Shown: positions 1 through 12,269, counted from the first letter of the stretch. The stretch is 64,000 bases of DNA from Octopus vulgaris (GCA_951406725.2 OX597833.1:4836001-4900000); one strand, 5' to 3'. Numbers and translations are program-made. Notes: generated by a model from the letters alone, not told the origin.

Positions 1-21
1 TGGTTAGGTAACTTCATATAC

Positions 22-114
22 TTACCAACTGCTGGCTTTTGGTCGGAGATCATCAAGGATGGCCTCAATCACTTCGCTGGTGGACGAGGTCCCGCCAACG
101 TCCGGTGTGTGGAT
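22..114 (-). CDS. IDH3G: IDH3 gamma exon 12 (IHTPDVGGTSSTSEVIEAILDDLRPKASSW*)
   Basis: HTPDxGG motif; tttcag acceptor. TAA at 24-22 overlaps a GTAAGT donor, so the true 3' end may lie outside the window. Confidence 0.9.
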   Translation of the reverse strand: MHTPDVGGTSSTSEVIEAILDDLRPKASSW

Positions 115-279
115 CTGAAATCAAGGAGACAGCGATATTGGTAAAGGAATGAAGGCCCTTAATTCTCATCAACAGGTGGACAAACTGCAACTGGGTGGTA
201 GGAATCCCAATATGTATTGATAAGAGAATGAAAGCCTTTAACTCACATCTACAGGTAGGTAGAAAATAACTGAGTGTGT

Positions 280-657
280 GGAAATCACAATACAAACGTG
301 GCTGATGCCAGCGCCGCCCAGACTGGCTTCTGTGCTGGTGGCACATAAAAAGCACCATCCGAACGTGGCCGTTGCCAGCGCCGCCTTGGCTGGCTTCCGT
401 GCCGGTGGCACGTTAAAAGCTCCAACCAATCGTGGCCGATGCCGGACACCCCTGGCACCTGTGCAGGTGGCACGTAAAAAGCACCCACTACACTCGCGGA
501 GTGGTTGGTGTTAGGAAGGGCATCCAGCTGTAGAAACTCTGCCAGATCAGACTGGAGCCTGGTGCAGCCCCTGGCTTCCCAGACCCCGGTCGAACCGTCC
601 AACCCGTGCTAGCGCGGAAAACGGACGTTAAACGATGATGATGATGATGATGATGAT
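280..657 (+). mobile_element. RTE-LINE 3'UTR-derived repeat with internal ~60-bp subrepeats and (GAT)n tail
   Basis: Same family as 8702-9229; ends ...ggacgttaaacgatgatgatg. Other copies near 4490-4760, 4868-5245, 5775-5925, 11395-11525, 14850-14980, 15405-15720. Confidence 0.75.
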
Positions 658-885
658 AGTGGTGAGGGAATGAAGGCCCTTAATTCCCATCTACAGGTAG
701 ACAGACTGTAGTAGTGTGTGGAACAGATACTGACCCACATCACATTTAATACGATGCTCTAGTCACCTTCACTCGTTAACCTTTAACAGTGGAAAACAGT
801 ATATTTACCATTCCATCTTTTGGTGAGGAATGCCATGTTTGGAACTATTTTCTGTTGAGACTAATTTTATGGAAGCAATGGATGG

Positions 886-1266
886 AAGCACTCCGTCAGT
901 TACGACGACAAGGGTTCCGGTTGATCCGATCAACGGAACAGCCTGCTCGTGAAATTAACGTGTAAGTGGTTGAGCACTCCACAGACACGTGTACCCTTAA
1001 CGTAGTTCTCGGGGATATTCAGCGTGACACAGAGAGTGACAAGGCCGGCCCTTGAAATACAGGTACAACAGAAACAGGAAGTAAGAGTGAGAGAAAGTTG
1101 TGGTGAAAGAGTACAGCAGGGATCACCACCATCCCCTGCCGGAGCCTCGTGGAGCTTTTAGGTGTTTTCGCTCAATAAACACTCACAACGCCCGGTCTGG
1201 GAATCGAAACCGCGATCCTATGACCGCGAGTCCGCTGCCCTAACCACTGGGCCATTGCGCCTCCAC
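886..1266 (-). mobile_element. tRNA-derived SINE
   Basis: Minus-strand head with A box (tggcccagtggt) and B box (ggtttcgattccc). Related copies at 14067-14345 and 53390-53630 (partial). Confidence 0.75.
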
Positions 1267-1317
1267 TTATGGAAGCAATATAACTTGCAGAAAACAAGTT
1301 TATTTTTTGGTAAATTA

Positions 1318-2036
1318 TTAACCCTTTCGGTACCGTATTCCTGTTGAGATGCTCTGCGCTTCTTTCAATTACTTCAGATATAACAAAGAATTTAGTAAAA
1401 TAACTTTGTTATTATTAAGCTAGTGTTAGGAACATAAATTGTGACTAAGGTTTGGTGGAAGATTTTAATTCAAAACTTATGAAATCAAGGCATTTGTACT
1501 CAGAGCCAGAGGTGGTTTCAGCCAGGTTGGTATCAAAAGGGTTAAGAATTGTTTCTCTATTATTTATATTTTAACCCTTTTATTACCATATTTCTGTTGA
1601 GATGCCCTGTGTTTCTTTCAATTAATTTTAAATATAACAAAGAATTTAGTAAAATAACTTTGTTATAATTAAGCTAGTGTTAGGAACATAAATTGTGACT
1701 AAGGTTTGGTGGAAGATTTTACTCAAAACTTATGAATACAAGACATTTGTACTACAGAGCCAGAGCTGGTTTCAGCCAGGTTGGTATCAAAAGGGTTAAG
1801 AATTGTTTCTCTATTATATATATTTTAACCCTTTCGTTACCGTATTTCTGTTGAGATGCTCTGTGTTTCTTTCAATTACTTTAAATATAACAAAGAATTT
1901 AGTAATTCAGCTAGTGTTAGGAACATAAATTGTGACTAAGGTTTGGTGGAAGATTTTAATTCAGAACTTATGCAAACAAGACATTTGTACTCAGAGTCAG
2001 AGCCAGTTTCAGCTGGGTTGGTAACAAAAGGGTTAA
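1318..2036. mobile_element. Three tandem TTAA-flanked MITEs (piggyBac-like termini)
   Basis: Units 1318-1545, 1571-1799, 1825-2036. Each starts TTAA-CCCTTT and ends AAAGGG-TTAA, separated by a near-identical ~25-nt spacer. Confidence 0.8.
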
Positions 2037-2837
2037 ACATCATTACTAGAATAACAAGAAAATTTATATCAGCAGTTAAAGGGTTAAAAGACAGGAATTA
2101 CTGGTCCGTGACGAGAATGGTTTCATTTTTCTTTTTAATCCTTTTGTCAAGAAGGAAGATCAATGCTTGTGACCCCAAGACAAAGTCTCCAAGACTTAAA
2201 AAAAGAAAGGGAAGGTGTCCTTAAATTGCAGACCAGGTGCAAATGCTTGTGACAGTTAACCAATTCTTTCTCTGGTTCTATATCAAGCACCTGACAACCG
2301 TTCTCCTCCCTGTATTCTGTAAGCAAGAACGGTTGTGTGGTTAAGATGTTTACTTCCAAACCACATGGTACCAGGTTCAGTCCTACTACATGGCACCTTG
2401 AGCAAGCGCCTTCTACTTCTACTATAGCCCCAGGACAACCAAAGCTTTGGAAACAGGCGAGGATTGGTGACAGGAAGGGCATCCAGCCATAGAAAATTTT
2501 GCCTCCAATAATACCTATTTCTTTACTACCCACATGGGGCTAAATACAGGAGACAAACAAGGACAGACAAAGGGATTAAGTCGATTACATCGACCCCAGT
2601 GCGTAACTGGTACTTAATTTATCGACCCTGAAAGGATGAAAGGCAAAGTCGACCTCGGTGGAATTTGAACTCAGAACGTAACGACAGACGAAATACGGCT
2701 ACGAATTTCGCCCGCGTGCTAACGTTTCTGCCAACTCGCCTATAAATACCATGCCTCCATAAATACCATCTGACCCATGCAGGCATGGAAATGTGGATGT
2801 TAAAACAACGACAAAGTTTCAGAGAACCAGTTCTTAC

Positions 2838-2898
2838 CTTCTTAGAAATCAACACATTCATGACTGACTCTCGAATCATCGTGGCGTATCTGTAGCAG
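2838..2898 (-). CDS. IDH3G: IDH3 gamma exon 11 (CYRYATMIRESVMNVLISKK)
   Basis: 61-nt exon, ttccag acceptor, GTAAGA donor; phases join exons 10 and 12 in frame. Confidence 0.9.
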
Positions 2899-3160
2899 CT
2901 GGAATGGTAAGAAAGGAAGAATTTTCAGCAGACATTCTCTCACACGATGCAAAACGTTTCTCTATTGCAATTATCACAAACCTGTGCACTTGTCAGCATT
3001 CTTTTATTCTTGTACTTGTTTCAGTCATTTGATTGTGGCCATACTGGAGCATAGCCTTGAAGGGTTCTAGTTGAACAAATCGACCCAAGGGACTTATTTG
3101 TTCAATAATGTGTCAGCAAGGCGACGCTGGCAATGATCATGCTTGAATGGTGCTCTTTAC

Positions 3161-3223
<63 letters not shown>

Positions 3224-3261
3224 CATACATATATATATATAAATACATATATATATATAGT

Positions 3262-3590
3262 AGTAGTGACCCCCTTCGGTCAGACACTGACCATGGGTTT
3301 GCACCTAGAGAGTTACTCTCTGAGGCACAAGTCAGGGCAAGGTTGTTTCATGGAAGACCAGCAGTCGCCCATGCATACCGGCCTCCCCTCTCCACGTCAC
3401 CGATGTTGTCCAAGGGAAAGGCAAAGGGGCCGATACAGCTTGGCACCTGTGACGTCACAACTCATTTCTACAGCTGAGTGAAGTGGAGCAACGTGAAATA
3501 AAGTGTCTTGCTCAAGAACACAACACGCAGCCCGGTCCGGGATTCGAGCTCACAACCTCACGATCGTAAGCTCGACGCTCTAACCACTGA
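3262..3590 (-). mobile_element. tRNA-derived SINE (family related to 61559-61803)
   Basis: Head cagtggttagagcgtcgag...ttcgaatcccggaccggg followed by tgtgttcttgagcaagacact. Confidence 0.7.
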
Positions 3591-3664
3591 GACATATATA
3601 TATACACACACATACATACATATGCATATCTATAGATATACACATGTAATACCTCTATCTATCT

Positions 3665-4140
3665 ATCATCATCATCATCATCATCATCATCGTTTAACGT
3701 CCGCTTTCCATGCTAGCATGGGTTGGACGGTTCAACTGGGGTCTGGCAAGCCCGAAGGCTGCACCAGGCCAGTCAGATCTGGCAGTGTTTCTACAGCTGG
3801 ATGCCCTTCCTAACGCCAACCACTCCGAGAGTGTAGTGGGTGATTTTATGTGCCACCGACACAGGTGCCAGACGAGGCTGGCAGACGGCCACGCTCGGAT
3901 GGTGTTTTTTATGTGCCACCGACACAGGTGCCAGACGGGGCTGGCGGACGGCCACGCTCGGATGGTGTTTGTTACGTGCCCTCAGCACGGAGGCCAGTCG
4001 TTGCGGTACTGGCTACGGTCACGTTCGGATGGTTTTCTTATGTGCCACCGGCACTGGTACCACAAGGATACAAATTCCATTGATGTTCATCTATTTTGAT
4101 TTGGTTCGATTTGATTTGATTTGATTCGATTCGATTCTCA
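3665..4140 (-). mobile_element. RTE-LINE 3'UTR copy, near-identical inverted partner of 8702-9229
   Basis: ORF-track translations of the two copies are almost identical (MLAWVGRFNWGLASPKAAPGQSDL...). Confidence 0.85.
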
Positions 4141-4315
4141 ACTATCTATAACTATATTTATGTGTGTGTATATGTGTGTGCATGTATATGTGTGTGCATG
4201 TATATGTGTGTGTGTGTATATAGACAGAAGATTGTAGATTAAGATGGAAACAGAGAGGAGGAGTAGGAGGAGACAGGTGGTAGAGGAAGTAAATGACAGA
4301 AATACAGGTACATAC

Positions 4316-4410
4316 CCAAGGTAATCTAGCATGTCACAGCTGGCTAATAACATACCCGTTGGGTTGGCAATGTTCTTTCCTTGGATGGAGCGACCTGAGT
4401 TTCGTGTACC
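4316..4410 (-). CDS. IDH3G: IDH3 gamma exon 10 ([31 protein letters not shown])
   Basis: TRNxGxSI..KNIANPT matches gamma rather than beta (GARHPF-type); aacag acceptor, GTATGT donor. Confidence 0.95.
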
Positions 4411-6305
4411 CTGTTATAAGACAGAAATCAAAAGGTTATATACATACTTATGTGTGAGGGAATGCATATACACACATGTATACATACATCATCATCAACG
4501 TTTAACGTCTGCTTTCCATGCCGGCATGGGTTGGACAGTTTGACTGAGGACTGGTAAACCAGAAGGCTGCACCAGGCTCCTATCTGATCTGGCATGGTTT
4601 CTACAGCTGGATGGTCTTCCTAATGCCAACCACTCAGAGTGTGTAGTGGGTGCTTTTTACATGCCGCCGGCACAGGAGCCAGTCAGGTGGGACCGGCATT
4701 GATCAGGTTCAGATGGCGCTTTTTACATGCCACTGGCACAGGGGTCAGTAAGGCTGGCCCTGGAAACAATCACTCTAGTAGAAGATAGTTGCACAAGGGG
4801 ACACGCACAGGGACTGAACTTGATACCATGTGGTTACAATGCAAGCCTCTTAACTCCACAGCTTATATCATCATCATCATCGTTTAGCGTCCGCTTTCCA
4901 TGCTGGCATGGGTTGGACGGTTCAACTGGGGTCTGTGAAGCCAGAAGGCTGCATCAGGCCCAGTCTGATCTGGCAGTGTTTCTACGGCTGGATGCCCTTC
5001 CTAATGCCAACCATTCCGTGAGTGTAGTGGGTGCTTTTTACGTGCCACCCGCACAGGTGCCAGGCGGAGCTGGCAAACGGCCACGGACGGATGATGCTTT
5101 TTACGTGCCACCGGCACGGGGGCCAGGCAAGGCTGGCAAACGGCCACGATCGGATGGTGCTTTTTACGTGCCACCGGCACGGAGGCCAGTCGGGGCGGCG
5201 CTGGCAATGGCCACGATCGGATGGTTCGCTTACTTGTCACCGGCACTATTATGTTGGGGCAGGCATCTTTTCAACAGGTGATTTCTATAACACCATATTT
5301 AGTTTCAGTGTGTTGTTACTAAGGGAAACAAAACACATTTTCCTAAATATTTGCTTTCGAGGGGAAATAACTCTGTATTCTGGAAATTCCATGCCTCTCC
5401 TTTTGCCCTTGGTCTGTTTGCACGCCTTGTGGTACTTAATGGTACTCTGACATGTTTTGCAAACAGCTTTAGCTAACCTTTATGTTGTTCCTGTTGAATA
5501 GTAAGAGAAGTTTGAGGTTATTCAGAAAACATTTTCTGATCAAGGACAGAAAATGGTTTGAAACATTGCTTTCTTCACATCAAAGTTATCTGACTGATGA
5601 AACCATTTCAATGTATCTCATCCTAATATTTGTTGGGGATGCTTGTTATTTCAATTTGTACTTAGTTCTCGTCTGGTATCAGCGGTATATTACTGTACCA
5701 TCAGACTACCATACTGTGAAAAGGTGGATTCATCAACAGACAGGTTGTTGATGTAACAATTTAACAATAATGTTTTGGCGTTAGGAAGGGCATCCAGCCT
5801 AAAAAAAAACTGCCCGATAAGACTGGAGCCTGGTGCAGCCTTCTGGCTTCCCAGATCCCCAGTTGAACCGTCCAACGCATGCTAGCATGGAGAACGGACG
5901 TTAAATGATGACGATGATGATGATGTTTTGTGATCTGATGAGCCGGCCTTCATCATCTGCATTGATTTCTGAAATTACAGTTGTATTGTATAAAGCCAAG
6001 CGTGCATATTAGTGCAAACATGTACACATGATTTCTTCCGCACTAAAAATAAAATATATGAGGAAGAAGGTTATGAAACGGCTGTAACCCTAAGAATGTC
6101 ATGTGGGTAAATAAATATTTTCACCTCTCGTACCTCCTGACTTTTATGGTCAGTTGATGATAAACAACAAATAACTATTAAAAAAAAACATTAAATAACA
6201 AATAAAAAATTTTAAATAAACAAGAGAAAAGAAAAGTTAATTAAAATTTAAATTGTTGATAGATATAGAATATAAAAATTTGATTTGGTTTGAATTTTGA
6301 CTCAC

Positions 6306-6452
6306 AGTTTCAAAAATGGCATAAGAATCTCCTATATTCCGGCCAGGTACAACACCAGCACCTCCGACCATTCCAGTGGCAACGTTGCTTAGAATATTGC
6401 CATAAAGATTTGGCAACACTAAAACATCAAATTGTTGAGGATGGGAGACCAT
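6306..6452 (-). CDS. IDH3G: IDH3 gamma exon 9 ([49 protein letters not shown])
   Basis: PQQFDV..PNLYGNI motif (N at the position of the catalytic alpha-subunit D, as in regulatory subunits); ttccag acceptor, GTGAGT donor. Confidence 0.97.
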
Positions 6453-7249
6453 CTGGAAATAGAACAGAAGAGATCAGTCTTTTATGGATTTCAGTGCAAC
6501 CCCATTTTCACTTGTGGTCAGGCTGGAGCACTGAAAATAGATTAGATTACAGCCACCCCTACATACCTCTGACATTCATCTCCAGCACTGTACATCTCTC
6601 TCTCTTTCTCTCTTTCCTCCAGTTATTTTTTTATCTATCCACAACTTTATCATACAACTACTGCACACCACCCTTCCAGGATGGCCACTTACCCCCAGTC
6701 TGAGCCATTCCTGTATCTTTTAATCCCTCTTTCACCTCATTAATCTTTACCATTCACCACACCTCCACCCCCATCTCTAAACATCTGTCCCTTTCCTTTC
6801 ACCCTAATGGACTTATCCACCCCATCTTGCCAATCCTTTCACCCTTATACTCATCTTGTATTTTGACAGTACACTCTCACACCACATCACCATCATCTTT
6901 CCACCCACCCTTATATAATGTGGGGTAGCAATGTACCTCCTTTATAGCAAGATACCTGTGCGTGTCCCTTTATTATACTTTAGCGTCTTAATACCTGGCA
7001 TAAAGTCACCTGCCTCTCTACTACCCCTTCTAAACCCATTCAGCTGAAGGGTGTCTGTACTTGTTAGTTACTTGGTGACTTCACAGGTGCTGGTGTCATA
7101 AAAAAAGCACCCAGGGTACACTATAAGGTAGTTGGCATTAAGAAGGGTATCTAGCAGACACTGGAACTTGATGTAGCCCCATGGCTTGCCAGATCCGACC
7201 CATGCCATCATGGCAATTGCATGACAAAATGATGACCAAGATAATTTTT

Positions 7250-7855
7250 TCTACTCTAGGCACAAAGCCTGAAATTTTGGAGGAAGGGGCCAGTCGATTA
7301 CATCGACTCCAGTATGCAACTGGTACTTAGCTTATTGACCCCGAAAGGATGAAAGACAAAGTCAACCTTGACAGAATTTGAACTCAGAACATAAAGACAG
7401 ATGAAATACCGCCAAGCATTTTGCTCAGCATGCTAACGTTTCCTATTTCTTTAGTGACCATAAGGGGATACACACAAAGGGGACAAATGGATTAAGTTGA
7501 TTACATCAACCCCAGTGCATAACTGGTTCTCATTTAATTGATCCTGAAAGGATGAAAGGCAAAGTCAACCTCGGCGGAATTTGAACTCAGAATTTCGCTC
7601 AGCGTGGTAATGTTTCTGCTAGTTCGCTGCCTTATATTCTTTTCTACTCTAGGCACAAGGTCCGAAATTTTTGGGGAAGGTTGCAGTTGATTAGATCGAC
7701 CCCAGTACGCAACTGGTACTTAATTTATTGACCCCCAAAAGGATGAAAGGCAAAGTCGACCTCGGCAGAATTTGAACTCAGAACATAAAGACAGACGAAA
7801 TACCGCCAAGCATTTCGACCGGCGTGGTAACATTTCTGCTAGCTTGCCGCCTTAA
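7250..7855 (-). mobile_element. Tandem array of a second tRNA-SINE family (gcctttcatcctttcggggtcgataaattaagtacc core)
   Basis: Repeated gaaaggatgaaaggcaaagtcgacctcggcggaatttgaactcagaac. Other copies or arrays at 2515-2740, 12725-12960, 19470-19675, 23700-24320, 35990-36190, 55185-55360, 55895-56130, 58985-59550. The core resembles the conserved central domain of Meta-type SINEs (inference). Confidence 0.8.
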
Positions 7856-8066
7856 ATGATGAAGATAATGTCAGAAAGGAATGGCAGTGCTTGTGACCCC
7901 AAGACAGAGGAAGGAAGGAAGGAGTATCCTTAATCTGGAGACCTCTGTACCAATGTCTGCAACAGCTAAAGTAACCGAAGGTCACACAGGGTGATAGACT
8001 GAGCCAGTCACTGAAGCAGAAGAAAGAAAAGGAGGAAGAGGGAAAGATGGAGACAGGAATCCTTAC

Positions 8067-8169
8067 CTGCATGCAAGCATTATCAACAATCATATTATTG
8101 AATTCGATTTGTGGATATTCTTCTGCAACATTTTTGCAACATTCTAGAAACAGTCCATCACCAAGTTTC
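8067..8169 (-). CDS. IDH3G: IDH3 gamma exon 8 ([34 protein letters not shown])
   Basis: KLGDGLFL...MIVDN motif; tttgtag acceptor, GTAAGG donor. Confidence 0.96.
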
Positions 8170-8381
8170 CTACAAAGAAATAAAAAGCAAATTATTATAA
8201 TGTGATACACGAAAACAGGGCTCTTTATCTACCCACTACTGTCACTTCCCTCCTGCCACACCCCACTCAACTCCCTAGAAAATTTAGGGTCACACTGTCA
8301 CACGTAAAAAGCAACATTCTAATGTGGATGATGCCAGTACCCCCTGACTGGCTCTCGTGCTGCTGGCACATAAAAAGCACA

Positions 8382-8427
<46 letters not shown>

Positions 8428-8429
<2 letters not shown>

Positions 8430-9229
8430 TGTGTGAGAAAGTGCCAATCCCTAGCAGTTGAGGGAACCCGTGGAAGAGGTAGACCCAGGAAAACCTGGGA
8501 CGAAGTGGTGAAGCACGACCTTCGGACGTTAGGTCTCACCATGGAAATGACTAGAGACCGAGACCTATGGAAGTATGCTGTGCGTGAGAAGACCCGGCAA
8601 GACTAGTGAAGCCATAATCCGTGGCCCCTACCTGGGACGTAGTCAGTCCACCTGTGCATACCTTCCTTCTTGTGACACTTGTGAAGACCTGTTGAGGCAA
8701 GTGAGAATCGAATCGAATCAAATCAAATCAAATTGAACCAAATCAAAATAGATGAACATCAATGGAACTTGTATCCTTGTGGTACCAGTGCCGGTGGCAC
8801 ATAAGAAAACCATCCGAACGTGATCGTAGCCAGTACCGCAACGACTGGCCTCCGTGCTGAGGGCACGTAACAAACACCATCCGAGCGTGGCCGTCCACCA
8901 GCCCCGTCTGGCACCTGTGTCGGTGACACATAAGAAAACACCATCCGAGCGTGGCCGTCAGCCAGCCTCGTCTGGCACCTGTGTCGGTGGCACATAAAAA
9001 ACACCATCCGAGCGTGGCCGTCTGCCAGCCTCGTCTGGCACCTGTGTCGGTGGCACATAAAATCACCCACTACACTCTCGGAGTGGTTGGCGTTAGGAAG
9101 GGCATCCAGCTGTAGAAACACTGCCAGATCTGACTGGCCTGGTGCAGCCTTCGGGCTTGCCAGACCCCAGTTGAACCGTCCAACCCATGCTAGCATGGAA
9201 AGCGGACGTTAAACGATGATGATGATGAT
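8428..9229 (+). mobile_element. 5'-truncated RTE-clade LINE (ORF C-terminus, 3'UTR, (GAT)n tail)
   Basis: VEGTRGRGRPRKTWDEVVKHDL...RDRDLWK is a typical RTE ORF C-terminus; stop at 8606; starts at a (TA)n tract. Confidence 0.85.
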
Positions 9230-9393
9230 ATATAACACAAACACACAAACATATATATATGTGTATATATATATATATACATATACATACCGGAGTAAAC
9301 ACATAAATGTGAAACAAGGTGGAAAAAAAGAGTACTCAAATACCAGAGGTAGAGTAATATGCTTTATTTAAAGCAGCAGAAAATTCAACAAAA

Positions 9394-9433
9394 CCTGTTA
9401 CTCTGAGTTTCACGTTCCCGTTCGTCGGACAGT
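9394..9433 (-). ncRNA. Minimal type I hammerhead motif (U4C core) in a (TA)n-embedded element
   Basis: CTGT-CCGACGA-ACG(GGAA)CGT-GAAAC-TCAGA-GTA-ACAG on the minus strand. Confidence 0.6.
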
Positions 9434-9622
9434 TTTTGCTAGAATGTTGAATTTTCATATATATATATATATACACACACATATGATGGGCTTCTTTCAG
9501 TTTCCGTCTACCAAATCCACTCACAAGGCTTTGGTCAGCCTGAGGCTTTAGTAGAATACTGAACACAGAACCATGTGGTTGGTAAGCAAGCTACTACCAC
9601 ACACCCACTCCTGTGCCTATAA

Positions 9623-9670
<48 letters not shown>

Positions 9671-10153
9671 AAGTGTGTGTGTGTATGTTCTGTCTGGCCA
9701 AGGAAAAATGAATGTTAAACAATGATGATGAAATATCTATGTGTGTGTATGTTTGTCATCCCCGCACAGCTTGACAACAGCTGTAAGTTTATTCATGTCC
9801 TCCTAACTTAGTGGTTCGGCAAAAGGGACTGATAGAATAAGCACCAGAATTAATTCAGAAAACAACTAAGTGCTGCGGTTGACTTGTTTGACTAAAACCC
9901 TTCAGGGCAGTGCCCCAGCATGGCCGCAGTCCAATGATTGAAACAAGCAAACAAAGATACAAAAACAACAAGGAGCAACACACACACATTCACTCACACA
10001 CACATACACACTCAGACACACACATCCAGACATACTCACACACACACACACTCAGACACACATTCAGACACACTCAGACACACACAGACACACACACACA
10101 TATTCAGACACACTCACACACACCCACACACACACGTACGACCGACTCCTTAC

Positions 10154-10287
10154 ATTATGTTTGCCTTGTGAATAGCCGTGACCTTCTTGCGTCCATGCTT
10201 CACTGCATAATCGAATGCGTACTTTGCAATATTCATGCATCGTTTCCTGGTGATGATCTTCAGACTTTCAACAACTCCATTCACATT
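10154..10287 (-). CDS. IDH3G: IDH3 gamma exon 7 ([44 protein letters not shown])
   Basis: [10 protein letters not shown] and RKKVTAxHKANIM motifs; tttgtag acceptor, GTAAGG donor. Confidence 0.96.
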
Positions 10288-10334
10288 CTACAAAAATATG
10301 AAACACACAAAAAATAAATAATAAACAACAATAT

Positions 10335-10702
10335 GAGTGGCTGTGTGGTAAGTAGCTTGCTAACCAACCACATGGTTCTGGGTTCAGTCCCACTGCGTGG
10401 CATCTTGGGCAAGTGTCTTCTGCTATAGCCCCGGGCCGACCAATGCCTTGTGAGTGGATTTGGTAGAAGAAGCCTGTCGTATATATGTATGTGTATATGT
10501 TTGTGTGTCTGTGTTTGTCCCCCTAGCATTGCTTGACAACCGATGCTGGTGTGTTTACGTCCCCATCACATAGCGCTTCGGCAAAAGAGACCGATAGAAT
10601 AAGTACTGGGCTTACAAAGAATAAGTCCCGGGGTTGATTTGCTCGACTAAAGGCGGTGCTCCAGCATGGCCGCAGTCAAATGACTGAAACAAGTAAAAGA
10701 GT
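10335..10702 (+). mobile_element. tRNA-derived SINE, third family (gtggctgtgtggtaagtagc...ggttcagtcccactgcgtggc; tail gactgaaacaagtaaaagag)
   Basis: A/B-box head, internal microsatellite, conserved tail. Copies at 14993-15398(-), 19046-19443(+), 22175-22640(-), 29363-29770(+), 51197-51618(-), plus fragments. Confidence 0.85.
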
Positions 10703-11573
10703 ATATATATAAAAAGAAAACAGACCATCATCACTATTTATTTTCCACTGTCACCAAGGGGACAGTAGCGACCACTTTGGGGGAACCACTAATATAAACC
10801 ATCATCATTTAATGGTTGCTGGTATGTGCTGGATGACTTGAGAAGGTCTAACAAGGAGGAGGACTGCAGCAAGCACCGGTGTCTGCTTTGGCAGGGTTTC
10901 CATAACTGGATGCCCTTCCTAACGTCAACCACTTTACAGAGTGTGCTGGGGGCTTTTCTTGTGACACTCGCACTAGTGAAGTCACCGAGTAACTCACAGG
11001 ATTGAACTCAAACCCATGTTGTTGCACTCCTTAACCACACAACCAAAGGTTTGTGTCTGCATGTGTACAGTTTAGTGGCTGTGTGGTAAGTAGCTTGCTT
11101 ACCAACCACATGGTTCTGGGTTCAGTCCCACTGCGTGGCACCTTGGGCAAGTGTCTTCTACTATAGCCTTGGGCTGACCAAAGCCTTGTGAGTAGACGGA
11201 AACTGAAAGAAGCATATCATATACCCCACCAGCCTTCATCAGGTGTCTTAGGGAAATTTCGAACCTGGGTTCTCATTACTAAAGTATTTTTTTGATGTTA
11301 ATATGGCGTAGTGATTAAGAGCACAGGCTACTAATCCCAAGATTCCGAGTTCGATTCCAGGCAGTGACCTGAATAATTATAATCATCATTATCATCATCA
11401 TCGTTTAACGTTCGTTCTCCATGCTAGCATGGGTTGGATGGTTCGACCGGGGATCTGGGAAGCCAGAAGGCTGCACCAGGCTCCGGTCTTATCTGGCAAT
11501 GTTTCTACAGCTGGATGCCCTTCTGGATGAAAAATAGCTTAGGAATGAGAACCCAGGTTTGAAATTTCCCCAA

Positions 11574-11619
11574 GACACCTGATGAAGGTTGGAGGGTATA
11601 TCAGCCGAAACGTTGTGTT
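11574..11619 (+). ncRNA. Minimal type I hammerhead motif
   Basis: GACAC-CTGATGA-A-GGTTG...CAGCC-GAAA-CG-TT-GTGTT. An inverted partial copy lies at 11229-11285. Confidence 0.65.
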
Positions 11620-11826
11620 AACAAGAAAGATGAGGACAAATATCCGTCAAATGTAAATAATGTAAATAAAGTTATTTTTGTGTTTGTATCTGGGGGAAAA
11701 AAGAGTGTTGCAGCTGGAGCATGTTTGGTCCTTGATATGCTGGCCCAGGGCCGACCTGGAGGTTTAATGATGGCAACAACAACAACAACAATAGTAAGGT
11801 TAATCTGTTGTCAAACGAAAGCTCAC

Positions 11827-11959
11827 CTCATGTTCCAGGTTGGAATATTCTCCTTCTGTATTTTCCCGAATGATCACAACATCAATGCCTTGGTGTCTCA
11901 CAGAGATCCCAGGAATCGTTTTACACTGGACAATGCTGGCCCAAAGATCAAGTTCTGTC
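11827..11959 (-). CDS. IDH3G: IDH3 gamma exon 6 ([44 protein letters not shown])
   Basis: [14 protein letters not shown] signature, translated by hand; ttcag acceptor, GTGAGC donor. Confidence 0.96.
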
Positions 11960-12269
11960 CTGAATCACAAAAGAAAGAATTTTGTGACAACAATGAGAGA
12001 GAGATTGAGAGAGAGAGAGATATAGAGAGAGAGAGAGAGCATATACTCCTGTCTAGACTATACCCGGGGCTAGTCTGGAATAGCCCAAACTATACCTCCT
12101 CAAGACAACCAGGCCAGAATATACCCCTGTCCAGACTACACCTTATACTAGTGGACAAATAACACAGGTGTACCGCACTGCATTCCCTGTTATCCATAAA
12201 TTGATGAATGATCAATAGTGAATGATATAATTAAATGTGGTCTAATATAATCCCCATACTAAAAAGTGA

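Noticed and set aside
5935-5958. CTGATGA hammerhead core
   Set aside because: No GAAA or stem III follows; only a short GATGA/TCATC hairpin.
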